DNA of 64,000 nucleotides from Orbicella franksi (Eukaryota): NCBI GenBank assembly GCA_964199315.1, contig OZ116698.1, positions 8,928,001 to 8,992,000 of the forward strand, read 5' to 3'. Shown piece by piece: positions 42,475 to 53,292 of this stretch (position 1 is its first letter; each line of letters starts with the position of its first letter). The notes under the pieces were generated by a model. It saw only the letters and a program-made list of their open reading frames with translations, ran no database searches and was not told where the DNA came from. The position numbers and the translations under genes were made by a program.

Positions 42475-43979
42475 ATGAAGACTGTTTACTTGATAATCCT
42501 TTTGGCTCTTATGATTTTGTCGGTGACGTCACGGTCTGTTTGCGAAGGTAAGCAGAAAGCAACTAAAGCTCAATCTTCCCATAGGAAAAAAGATGGTGAT
42601 TGGTACATTTACCCAGGATTTTTAGCGCACGAAAACATTAATGATAAAGTCTGCATACGAGGCAAATGGCCCATCAGGCCGAAGCTTATCCCAAAGCGAC
42701 TAGGAATATTTCTACTCCGCCCTGGATGGGACGCTAGTCCATCGCAAGTTTGCATGGTACATTTGTATTGTGGTAGTATGTACAACCACCATTTTTTTTC
42801 CTACGTAGGATTCGTATCTCTCTCAGCTATCGTTTTGATCTTGCCAGAAGAGTTTGAAACGAGACAATTATTTTTCCACGAATTAAATCCTAAGAAGCAG
42901 GAGAGCTATATGTTTTATTCATTTTTATGAAACAAAGAAAGTAAACTGGCACAGCAGTAAAATAAAATGATCGATGTATTGGCGTTCAATGCTGTGCTTC
43001 AAAAGGCTAAAATAAATTAATAAGTCAATTTTCAGATGTGTGGATGTCATGATACAATTTTATGAATACTGTATTTACTTGGAAAAAGCGGATGGAGCAT
43101 TGACGCTTCAGGGTGGATCCAGGAGGCCCCGAAAGGGGTGGTTGTACACCTTAACAACTTTCGCCCTAATCAGGCGTTGATGGCGAGCACCGCAGACGCG
43201 AGCTTCTCCGGGGCCATCCTCCCCGCAAAATGTTTCCGATTTTACCCTATAAAAAACCATTTACAGCGTTTCTGACACTTGAAAAAGTTTGTAACGTGTG
43301 TAAGACATGATGTAAAATCTGGAGTTTCCTTTTTATAAACCAGAAAATCAAAACTAATAATACTGTCGCGAAACGAACATTGTCTTTTCCCAACTTGACA
43401 TTCAGTCAACTGATGGAAGTGAAACAAACTACGCATAAAACTATTTTATTCTATTACTTTTATGATGAGTCAAACAAATAACAAAAGAACTGCTGTTTAA
43501 AGGGGGTGGGGGTTGCAACCCTTTCAACTCCTTCCCTGGATCCGCCTCTACGCCCACTTAAAGGAGCTACGTCATGGCTCGCGCATCTTGAAAAGTTTAG
43601 CCTAAATTTTTCAAGTTCGTCGTTTCAGGTAATCTTTACATGTCAATCTTCTTCATCCTCAACCATCCTTGTTCCTTTGTGGTTTTTAATCTCTTTGGTG
43701 TTTTCCTTAGCAAACTGCTATTTTCAGATTTCCTTCATGATCAATTGAAAGTCAACACTGCACACCACCAAAATAACTTACAATATCGTGACTGAGCTCC
43801 GTTAAGGTCCTTAAACTGACTTTTCAGCTGTTTCAGACACCGCAGACTTTCTTGGAGAATACTACAGTGATGTAATCAATGATCCGCGTCCTTGCAACGG
43901 GAATGAAACTTGTTTTCACGAGTGCGAAGATAGCGGGAAAACAGATGACGAATGTAATGCAGAATGCGATTGTCCATGA
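42475..43979 (+). CDS. Secreted acidic Cys-rich peptide, copy 1, 71 aa
   Basis: Exons 42475-42547 (donor gtaagc) and 43837-43979 (acceptor tttcag) join in phase 1: MKTVYLIILLALMILSVTS-RSVCEDTADFLGEYYSDVINDPRPCNGNETCFHECEDSGKTDDECNAECDCP. Confidence 0.8.
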
Positions 43980-44625
43980 AAAAGATGTATTCTGTGCTGA
44001 GAGAAATCGCTGTTAAGTGTGATGAAGATTAAAATCCGCTGTTTTTCTAATATTTGAGTACATTCTGTTATGTCTACTTCACCAACAATCTCTTTCATTG
44101 CTGGAGATTTTTATATTAGTTAGCTCAGCTTCATACGATGCCTTTGACTTAAGTCATGACAATGATATTTGGAACTGCAAAATAATAACGAGGAAAAGAA
44201 AAATAGAAACTACTGATATTTTGAACTATCTATTCTTCTCGTTATCTATACGCTTTCGAGTTGTGTATTTGCCAAATCCATAGCTCTCTCAAGAAGACAC
44301 CTAGTGACTGAACAAAAGAACTAAAGCAGGGCTTTAAAGACAGCTTCGACGACAGTTTCACCTTACTTTGGAGTAAATTACCGCTTACTCATTTTTACGT
44401 GGTAACTTCTAAGGGTGAGGGGAACAATAAGCGCTTGATGGCTAGCCCTAAGAGAAACAGTGAGTTTTGGAAATTCGAAGAGTGTGTTGGTGTTGCCAGC
44501 TAATTTCCCCAAAGGTTGCTTCAACAGCATAAGGAATTCGGTGTCACAGGTGATCTCATACGTATTATGTAACATCAAGAAAAGATCAATGTACCTCTTG
44601 GTGATATATTCTAATGGCCTGTTTT

Positions 44626-44862
44626 GGGGAAGCAGTGGCGAGAGCGCTCGTCTCCCACCAATGTGGCCTAGGTTTGATTCCGGCCCGGTACCACATGTGG
44701 GTTGAGTTTGTTGTTTGTTTTCGCCTCGTTTCGAGGATTTTTCTCTGAGTTCTCCGGTTTTCTTCCCTCCACAAAAACCAAAACTCCAAATTCCAATTCG
44801 CCCCAGGACGGAGGACCCGCATGAAAACCAACTAAGGCTAATGTGACTTCCTCTCTAAATAA
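44626..44862 (+). mobile_element. tRNA-derived SINE between the peptide paralogs
   Basis: gcagtggcgagagcgctcgtctcccaccaatgtggcctaggtttgattccggccc (A/B boxes) followed by a SINE body. Confidence 0.75.
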
Positions 44863-44980
44863 TTTTTAGGGTCCCAGCAGTGTAAGAGAGTAAAATCATT
44901 CTCCTTTGTTTGTGTTTGTTTTTGTTTTATCAATTTACATGTTTCAGATTGTTCAATATTTCTTTGCTAGTAGTTCAAGC

Positions 44981-45481
44981 ATGAAGACTGCTTACTTAGT
45001 GATCCTTTTCGCTCTTATAATTTCGTCAGTGACGTCACAGTGTGTTTACGAAGCTATCGTGTTGAACTTGCCAGGAGAGTTTGAAACGAGACAATTATCT
45101 TTCCACGAAATAAATTCTCAGAAGCAGGAGGCCATATGCTTTAATTTCTATGAAAGGAAAGTGGCAGTAAAATAAGGTTAAGGTCTGCTGTTACGGCAAT
45201 GCTGGGCTGTAAAAAACAACATTAAAAAGCCGATTTTCAGATGTGTGCATCTTAATAATGCTTGCTTGGAAACAGCGGATGCAATTTTGATGCCCACTTA
45301 ATGTCACTTAACTATGACTTTTCATTTCTTAGACACCGCGGACCTTTCTGAAGACACGGCTGAAGAATACTACAGAGATGTAATCAATGATCCGAGTGCA
45401 TACAACATTGTGGAAAATTGTGTTGACGAGTGCTTAGAGAACGGGAAGACAGATGTTGAGTGTCGCGATGAATGCAACTAG
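44981..45481 (+). CDS. Secreted acidic Cys-rich peptide, copy 2; canonical donor missing, possibly a pseudogene
   Basis: Signal exon MKTAYLVILFALIISSVTSQCVYE (44981-45053) and paralogous exon 45333-45481 DTADLSEDTAEEYYRDVINDPSAYNIVENCVDECLENGKTDVECRDECN*. Intron and 3' UTR similarity to copy 1. Confidence 0.55.
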
Positions 45482-47304
45482 TCCTAGATGAAAAAGATGT
45501 GTTTTGTGCTGAGAAATTTCGCTAGCAAGTGTGATGACCAATAAAATCCGTTGTTCTCCTAATATTTGCGTCCATTCTGTTATCTCTACTCATGCCAAAA
45601 ACTGACCGAATTTAAACTAGAGACGAATTAGTCGTATGACACAAAGTTGAACCGTCTAAATCTCCCCTAAAGAAAAACTGAATTGAAAAAATATATCAAC
45701 ATTTCCAAGTGTAACCTTCAGTCGAGTAATTTGCATAAATTCGAAACGGACCATGTTTTGCAAAGCTGATGAAAGGTTATGTTAAGGTATGATAATTTCA
45801 ATTTATTTCCTTGAGCTTAACTTACACGTCATGAAAACAATATAAAGCAGACAGAATATTCGGCTTCTACAATCATCACATATTCAAGTAATGCTCTCAG
45901 AAATTATTATGCTATATGCATTGTAAGAAGTCTATGATCGAACTCATTAGCAAGTATATATTATAACTTTGATCAGCAATTGTTATCTAATAACAAATGA
46001 AATAACTGACTGAAAAAATAACTGAATGAGTTTTAAACAAATGCCTGTCCTACAAAGTTCCTTCCCATGGAACTCGAAAGCGACAACGCAATAGTGACTC
46101 CATGCAAACGATACTGGCTCTGACTGAAATGTTTACACTAATATAAATTATAAATTCTCTGTCTCAGCCTACAGAGAAACTTAACTTTTTCGTACAGAAT
46201 AAGTAAAATAAGCACTGTGTCAAAGCCAATCACGGCTGAAATCAGCATTGACTAGCTGGGGGAGCCAATGCAAAGTCGAAAATTTGTTTCCAGCTGATCA
46301 AACCATTACTTTTGGTAACGGTACAACCTTTTTACTATTGAGTCATACCAGGTCTTAAGGCAGTATGCATGTTAGTGTGAATTGATTTATGGATCATTTT
46401 GGTAAGAACAACTTGAAATTATTTATATATTTGCTATACACAAAAGCAAACTATGCCTCGTGAAATTAGAGATCATCAATTAAAGACCATTAAAGGGTTC
46501 GCGAGGATTCTAGTAGAGAAAAGACTAAGGAATTGTTGGCAAATTTTTGTTAATGTCTACAACACTCGAAACCCTGTTTTCTTTGTGCTCCACGCAGCAA
46601 TCACCATAGCGTACAAATTCATCTTTGCTGGCTGAAATAAAAGGGACCATTTGCTGTGTTTTCATCTGCAAAAGAATTCAAGATAAGACAAATTAGAGGT
46701 GTTGGGAGCGCTATAAAGAAACAACAACGGCGGGGACAAATGCTATCTCTGTTTTGAAGATAATTTTTAAACGAGCCGTTGCCGGGAAACTAATGAGTTG
46801 TCATCAATAAACCAAACCAATTCTCAAGTTCTCAAGTGGATTAAGAATATGCACATAGAAATGAATAGCTACCTATCTTATAGCCAAGAAGTCCTTTTAA
46901 TTTTAAGAATGGCGATCCTAGCTACATCCGCGAAAATAATCGTCCAGTGAAAGAGAATGAGCTATTCCGTCGACAGAACTGTTCAATACGAGCAAAAGTG
47001 AGAAAGTGCTATTGATATACTGTCAGTGAAAGCTTTTGACATTTCTTCCTAAAATAAATGCGACCCGAGTTAACCCATATGCGAACTGCCTCACTGCAGC
47101 TTTCTCCGCGGATTTAAACTCACCATTATGAACCGAAAACCAAATTGTTGAAAAAGTAACACACACGCTACTCATGTATGTCCAGTTGACTTGCCACATA
47201 TGAAGGCATTTCCAGCAGGATGGTGTTACACCAGAAGGAAAATTACGATAGATTACAGGGTAAAAATTAGTCCTAATACTACTAATACTCACACCAGTCA
47301 TCCG

Positions 47305-50300
47305 TCAATCAAATGTAACATCGTCTCCAAGGAGGACAAAAGCAGCCCAGTGCCTGAAGTGCTTGTATATTGCTGACTCTCTTAATTTCTTTACAGAGAG
47401 GTGAAGAGCCTCACTTGCACTCTTTTGGTCCCGCATTAAACTCCTGTAGAACACGTTCATGAAGACTTTGGTAGCTGCATCATTAACAGGCCATAGCGAC
47501 ATCAAAACGGAGCGAGCACCAGATCCAAGAAACGCCCGAGCTATTCCGACAACTCCCTCGGCTGTCATGATCTTACCACGACCACTATTACAGCAGCTGA
47601 GTACTACCAGCTTGGCCTTTATGCCGACTTTTGCTACGTCCTCCATTGTCAGCATGAAATCTCCCTTTTTGACGATTTCAGCGGTACGGTCCTTTGGCGC
47701 AAGGGCAATTTCTCCTCTCTCTGCATCACCATGGGCTGCAATATGCACTAGCCCTACTTCCTGGATTCTTTTCAATACTTCAGCCTTAGTGGCTTGCTCT
47801 CCAATAAGCTTGAAATATGGTGCTGGAACATACCGGGAGACCATATCTGCTTCAGTTCTGGCATTTGGTAGAGGTTTCAAAACCCCGACTTTTCCATCAA
47901 ATTCCACAAGGCCAACCGTCGGATCGCCCACAATCAATGCCCCAGTTTGAGACTGGTAATTTTCTGGGAAACTTTGAATGACCTGAAGTGATGTCAAAGA
48001 GGGAGTGAGGCGGATTCGATACGTTTGTGACAAGTAATTTCCATCGGAATCTTGCAAGGCTGCAAATGGGACCAAGAACAGTCCTCCTTCTGGGACAATG
48101 ACAATCTCTGGACCTTGGATAAGATCAGCAATGGGCGCAATGATCATTTGGTGCAACCTTTTTAGATTGGCTTCTCTTTCTTCTTCTTCGTTACCTCGGA
48201 GATGGTGCTGACTGGTTGCTTCACTTTGTTCTTCTGCTGTTGATGATTCGTCTTCATAGAATGCTGACAAGGATCTGTCATCGTATTCTTCTCTGTCGTC
48301 TGTTGGCAAGGATTTCAAAGTGATCGCTACAAGATCTCGCAAAGACTTTTCTTTCTCATTTGCTGATAGCTCTGTTCCAATCTTGAAGTTTATTTTGCCA
48401 CCCTTTTCCATGACCCAGAGATAGATTTGCTCCGTTATGATGCTCATGAAAAGAAAATCACTCCGCTGCTTTTCCAAGAGGCTTGCCAACGAACTCAGAG
48501 TGAATTCACTTGTTTTATTAACCTCCTGGATTCCAAAATTCGAGTATAGCAAATCTAAGAGAGCACGAGCCCGTCCCCGTTCCGCTGTACAGAGGGCATC
48601 ATCTACCTTACCAAGGAAAATCAACGTCTCTGTCAGTCCCTTGTAAAATGAAATGTTTTGATCATCTAATGAAAGCTTGTCTTCATCTTTAAGAGACTTT
48701 CTTACATTTTCGTGGCCTTCAATGCTCCCAAAGAAGTAGTCGGATGCTTTGGAGAAACTTTTCTCCTGAAAATGACTCATGGCTAAGCCGCATAAAACCA
48801 GGTGTTCTCTTCCTTTCAATCCAGTCTCTTTGACGATTTCAAGTCCTCTTTCTAAGTACTCGATGGCCTTCTCATGCTGGCCAAGAGCATACTGAACATT
48901 GCCTAGGTTGACGTAAGAAATTCCTTCTCCTTCTCTGTCGCCTAAATCTTTTCTGATTTTAAGAGCCTTCTCCTGAAAATGTATTGAGGCATCATATTGG
49001 CCAAGAGCATTGTATATACTGCCGAGGTTGTTGTATGATGCAGCCTCGCCTTTCCTGTCTTGTATTTCAATGCAGATCTCGAGTGCCTTGTTTTGATACT
49101 CGATTGCTTTTTCATATTGGCCGAAGGCACGGTATATGACTGACAGGTTCGTGTACGATGCTCCTTCTCCATCCTTGTCTTCGATCTCTTCATCAATTTT
49201 CAATGACTCCTTTTGATACTTCAGAGCTTTGTCGTACTGGCCAAGAGCAAGATACACAGTACCAAGGCCACTGTAAGAGTGTGATTTGGCTTTCCTGCTG
49301 CCAATCACTTCGCTTATTTCAACTGCTTTCTCGAAATAGTCAAGAGACGTCTTATATTGGCCAAGAGTGATGTATTCGTATCCAAGAGCGCGGTAGGATC
49401 TTCCCTCTCCATGTCTGTCAGCGGTTGCTCTCCTGATTTCCACTTCTCTCTCGTGATATTTGATCGACATCTCAATTTTCACCCCAGATTCTCTCGGAAT
49501 GGGATCGACTCCTCGGACTGCATCGATGATTCCACATGAGAATTTTTCACGCTCAATAGATTTTTCGTAAAGATCACAAATGTAGTACACACACTGAACA
49601 GGTCGCTCGTCAGATTGACCTTCCTGTTGTCTCTCTCCAGAGTCGTGCTTAATCGCCTGCGCTTTCTCTAGGTAAATGGAAGCTTCCTCGTGTTCGCCAA
49701 GTGCATTGCATAAGGTGTATAGATTCTGGTAGGATGCAACTTCTTCTTGCTTGTCCCCAATTTCTTTGCTGATCTCCACACATTTTGTGTAACACGAGAT
49801 AGACTTTTCCAGTTGGCCCTGAAGATGATAGGCACTGCCAAGGTCTTTGTAAGATCTCAACTCTCCTCTTGTGGCATAAATCTCTTTACAGATCCCTAAC
49901 GCTTTTTCATGATGCAACAGGGACTCCTCGTACTGACTAAGGGCGCAAAACGTACTGCCAAGGTTGCTGCACGACGCTGCTTCTCCATGTTTGTCTCCGA
50001 TCTCCTTAAAGATGCTAAGCGCCATCTCTTGATACTCAACTGATTTCTCAAATTGCTTTTGAACATGATAGATTGTGCCTAAATTGCTGTAAGACGTTCC
50101 TTCTCTTTTCCTGTCTCCAGCTGCCTTACTGAATTCAAGCACTTTCTCTTGGTGTTGGATTGATTTTTCTAAACGGCGAGAAAAATAATTTGCTGTACCG
50201 AGCGCATCGTGGGAGCGTATTTCACCTTCTCTATTGCCGACGGCTGAGCAAATTTGAAGGGCTTCCTCTAGATTCTCGATAGACTTCTCATAGTCGCCGG

Positions 50301-53292
50301 TGGTGATATACAAAAGGCTAAGGCTGCTGTGACACGATTCCTGCCCTGCTTTGTCTCCGAATTCTTTCTTGATGTTAAGAGCCCTTTCAAAACAGTCAAC
50401 AGAGTTCTGATGTTGACCAAAAATGTAATATAATATGCCAAGGTTGTTGTAAGAAATTCCTTCTCGTACTTTATCGCCAACTTCTTTATAGATCGCGAGT
50501 GCCTTCCCTTCGTAACAGAGTGACTTCTCATATTCCCATTTAGACTGATACACAACACCAAGGTTGGTGTATGACGTTCCTTCTCCTTGTTTGTCCTTAA
50601 TTTCCTTGCTGATTTCAAGCGCCTTCTCTTGACATTCAATTGACTTTTCATGGTGCCCAAGTAGTAGGTAGACAAGACCGAGGTTATTGTAGGACGTTAT
50701 TTCCCCTTCTTTGTCCCCAATTTCTTTTCTGATTTCAAGACTTCTGTTACAGGATACGATAGACTTCTTGATCTCATTGAGTGCACAGTACGCGGAGCCT
50801 AGATTATTGTGGGAGGTTCCTTCTCCTTTCTTGTCACCAATGGCTTTCCGGATTTCGAGACTCTTCTCATGATTTTCAACAGCCTTTTGATACTGGCCGA
50901 TATCATAATAAAGATTTCCAAGTTGGCTGTATGATCTTCCTTCAGCCCCTCTGAAACCAGTCGTTCTAAAAATCTCGATTGCCTTCTCTGCGCACTCAAC
51001 TGACTTCTCAAATTGACCGACAGCATGGTACAAGATACCAAGAAGCTCGTAGGATCTTCCTTCTGCTGGTTTATATCCCGGTAGAGTTTTGCAGATTTCC
51101 AGGGCTTTCTCTCTGTATTTGACAGATTTATCGTATTGGCCAAGAGCTTTATACAGAATACTGAGCTTGCTACATGATGCTTCTTCTTCCTTTTTGTCAC
51201 ACAGTGTTTCGCAGATGTCGAGGACTTCCATGTGGCACTCAATCGCTTCTTTATACTGGCCCAGAGCTTTATACACATCACCAAGATTGGTGTACAATTG
51301 TAGTAGTTGTTGCTTGTCACACATGGATTCGCTGACTTGAATAGCTTTCTTAAACTGCCCGATACATTTTTCATATTGGCTATGTTCGTGGTAAATACTT
51401 GCAAGATTGACGCACGAGGTAACCACTCCACGTTTGTCGTCAATGGCTTCTTTTACAGCAAGTGCCCTTTCCTCACTCTCAATCGCCTTTCCATATTGCC
51501 CACGAGCGTACCACAAGAGACACAGATGACCTTGGGATGCTATCTCACCCAGCTTATTGCCAATCTCTTCACTGATTTCGAGGCTTTTCTTGAAATAATC
51601 AACTGCTTTGTCATACTGCTGTAATTTGCTGTATACACTACCGAGGTTGTTGTAAGATGTCCCTTCCCCTCGTCTGTCGCCAATTTCTTTCCTGATAGCC
51701 AGCGCCTCCTCGTGATTCTGGATTGACTTCTCATACTGGCCGAGCTCGTAGTAGACGCTGCCAAAGTTGTTGTATGATGCTGCTTGTCCTTGCTTACTAC
51801 CGATCGCTTTTCTTATCTCAAGACCTTTCTCGTAATAGACCAATGCCTCTTGGTACCGTTCGAGATCACTGTAAACGCTGCCTAGCCTGTTATACGATTC
51901 TCCCATCCTTTCCTTTCCCCCAGTCGTTTCGTAGATTTCAAGGGCTTTCGCTTGACATTCAATGGACTTCTCAAACTGGCCAAGAGAGCTATATACGTCA
52001 CCAATGCTGCTGTAAGTCACCCCTTCGGCCTCTTTGTCCCCGATTTCTTGACTGATTTCTAGAGATTCCTGTAGTGAGTCCAGCGACTTTTGATAATTAG
52101 CAAGAGCTTCATGTACGTTACCGAGGTTTAGGTAGGCTCTTCCTTGTCCATGTCTGTCTCCTATTTCTTTGAAGACCTCAATGCCTTTCTGGTAGTAGTT
52201 TAACGATTTCTCGTATTGACTAAGAGCATAAAACATCGTACCAAGATTATTGTACATCGTTCCTTCTCCATGTTTGTCTCCCAGAGATTGGGCGATCTCG
52301 AGGCTTTTTTCATAATACTCCAGACATCTTTGGGATTGACCAAGGGCTTTATATGCTGCAGCCATGTTGCTGTAAGATTTGCCTTTCCCGCGTGTGTTTC
52401 CTATCTCTGTACAAATTTCAAGACTTTTGGTAGAGTTATCCATCGCTTTCTCATATTCACCGAGGGCAAGAAAAACTGTGGCAAGACTGCTGTAGAACAT
52501 ACCTTCTCCGGGTTTATTGCGCGATTCCTTGCTTATTTCAAGACCTTGCTGCAAGTATCTGAGCGATGTATCATACTCGCCAAGAGCACGGTGCACTTCG
52601 CCGAGGCCGTTGTAAGCATCCCCTTCTCCTTTCCTGTCTTCGGTTTCTTCGCTTATCTTCAGAGCGTTCTTTTGGCAATCGATGGATTTCTCATACTGAC
52701 TGAGAGCATGGTAAACATTACCAAGAAGATTGTAACATCGCCCCTCGCCGCGTTTGTCTTCTAGTACTTGTCTTATTTTCAGCTCTTTCTCGAAGTTAGA
52801 TCTGGCCTTGTCATAGTGACCAGTAGAGTAATACACTTGACCGAGCTCGCTGTACGAATCTCCTTGTAGACTTTTGTTGCCAATTTCTACACTTATCATA
52901 AGTGCATTTTCAATATGCTCAATCGATTTACCGTGCAAACTGAGAGCATAGAATGCGCCAGCAAGATTTCTGTGCGCTTCCCCTTCTTCTCTTCTGTCTT
53001 CAACTTCTTTGCTTAATGAGAGCGCTTTTTCGAAATACTCGATGGATTTGTTATGCCTGCCAAGAGAATCATAGGCGCCTCCAAGCTTGCTGCATGTACT
53101 CAATTCTCCAGCTTTGTTTCCGATTTCGCTAAAAACCGAGAGCGATTTTTCAAAATACTCGATGGATTTCTCTTGTTGACCTAGATCATGGTAGAGGCTC
53201 CCGAGGTCGATGTAAGAGTTCCCCTCTGCCTCTTTGTGCCCGGTTTCCTTGTAGAGTTTTAAGGCTTCAAGTATTTTCTCCACTTTCTCCAT
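47305..53292 (-). CDS. TPR-repeat + CHAT (clan CD caspase-like peptidase) protein, TTC28-like, 1995 aa, single coding exon
   Basis: Uninterrupted 5988-nt ORF starting at GCCATGG just after a ttttcag acceptor (53318-53319). About 35 TPR units of 40 aa, then ERGRARAL and a CHAT domain with VHIAAHG and VVLSCCNSG dyad motifs, ending WAAFVLLGD. Confidence 0.93.
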   Translation of the reverse strand: MEKVEKILEALKLYKETGHKEAEGNSYIDLGSLYHDLGQQEKSIEYFEKSLSVFSEIGNKAGELSTCSKLGGAYDSLGRHNKSIEYFEKALSLSKEVEDRREEGEAHRNLAGAFYALSLHGKSIEHIENALMISVEIGNKSLQGDSYSELGQVYYSTGHYDKARSNFEKELKIRQVLEDKRGEGRCYNLLGNVYHALSQYEKSIDCQKNALKISEETEDRKGEGDAYNGLGEVHRALGEYDTSLRYLQQGLEISKESRNKPGEGMFYSSLATVFLALGEYEKAMDNSTKSLEICTEIGNTRGKGKSYSNMAAAYKALGQSQRCLEYYEKSLEIAQSLGDKHGEGTMYNNLGTMFYALSQYEKSLNYYQKGIEVFKEIGDRHGQGRAYLNLGNVHEALANYQKSLDSLQESLEISQEIGDKEAEGVTYSSIGDVYSSLGQFEKSIECQAKALEIYETTGGKERMGESYNRLGSVYSDLERYQEALVYYEKGLEIRKAIGSKQGQAASYNNFGSVYYELGQYEKSIQNHEEALAIRKEIGDRRGEGTSYNNLGSVYSKLQQYDKAVDYFKKSLEISEEIGNKLGEIASQGHLCLLWYARGQYGKAIESEERALAVKEAIDDKRGVVTSCVNLASIYHEHSQYEKCIGQFKKAIQVSESMCDKQQLLQLYTNLGDVYKALGQYKEAIECHMEVLDICETLCDKKEEEASCSKLSILYKALGQYDKSVKYREKALEICKTLPGYKPAEGRSYELLGILYHAVGQFEKSVECAEKAIEIFRTTGFRGAEGRSYSQLGNLYYDIGQYQKAVENHEKSLEIRKAIGDKKGEGTSHNNLGSAYCALNEIKKSIVSCNRSLEIRKEIGDKEGEITSYNNLGLVYLLLGHHEKSIECQEKALEISKEIKDKQGEGTSYTNLGVVYQSKWEYEKSLCYEGKALAIYKEVGDKVREGISYNNLGILYYIFGQHQNSVDCFERALNIKKEFGDKAGQESCHSSLSLLYITTGDYEKSIENLEEALQICSAVGNREGEIRSHDALGTANYFSRRLEKSIQHQEKVLEFSKAAGDRKREGTSYSNLGTIYHVQKQFEKSVEYQEMALSIFKEIGDKHGEAASCSNLGSTFCALSQYEESLLHHEKALGICKEIYATRGELRSYKDLGSAYHLQGQLEKSISCYTKCVEISKEIGDKQEEVASYQNLYTLCNALGEHEEASIYLEKAQAIKHDSGERQQEGQSDERPVQCVYYICDLYEKSIEREKFSCGIIDAVRGVDPIPRESGVKIEMSIKYHEREVEIRRATADRHGEGRSYRALGYEYITLGQYKTSLDYFEKAVEISEVIGSRKAKSHSYSGLGTVYLALGQYDKALKYQKESLKIDEEIEDKDGEGASYTNLSVIYRAFGQYEKAIEYQNKALEICIEIQDRKGEAASYNNLGSIYNALGQYDASIHFQEKALKIRKDLGDREGEGISYVNLGNVQYALGQHEKAIEYLERGLEIVKETGLKGREHLVLCGLAMSHFQEKSFSKASDYFFGSIEGHENVRKSLKDEDKLSLDDQNISFYKGLTETLIFLGKVDDALCTAERGRARALLDLLYSNFGIQEVNKTSEFTLSSLASLLEKQRSDFLFMSIITEQIYLWVMEKGGKINFKIGTELSANEKEKSLRDLVAITLKSLPTDDREEYDDRSLSAFYEDESSTAEEQSEATSQHHLRGNEEEEREANLKRLHQMIIAPIADLIQGPEIVIVPEGGLFLVPFAALQDSDGNYLSQTYRIRLTPSLTSLQVIQSFPENYQSQTGALIVGDPTVGLVEFDGKVGVLKPLPNARTEADMVSRYVPAPYFKLIGEQATKAEVLKRIQEVGLVHIAAHGDAERGEIALAPKDRTAEIVKKGDFMLTMEDVAKVGIKAKLVVLSCCNSGRGKIMTAEGVVGIARAFLGSGARSVLMSLWPVNDAATKVFMNVFYRSLMRDQKSASEALHLSVKKLRESAIYKHFRHWAAFVLLGDDVTFD

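Noticed and set aside
42436-42930. 164-aa ORF read as one protein
   Set aside because: It reads through the gtaagc donor into intron and SINE sequence; the spliced 71-aa model is better supported by the paralog.
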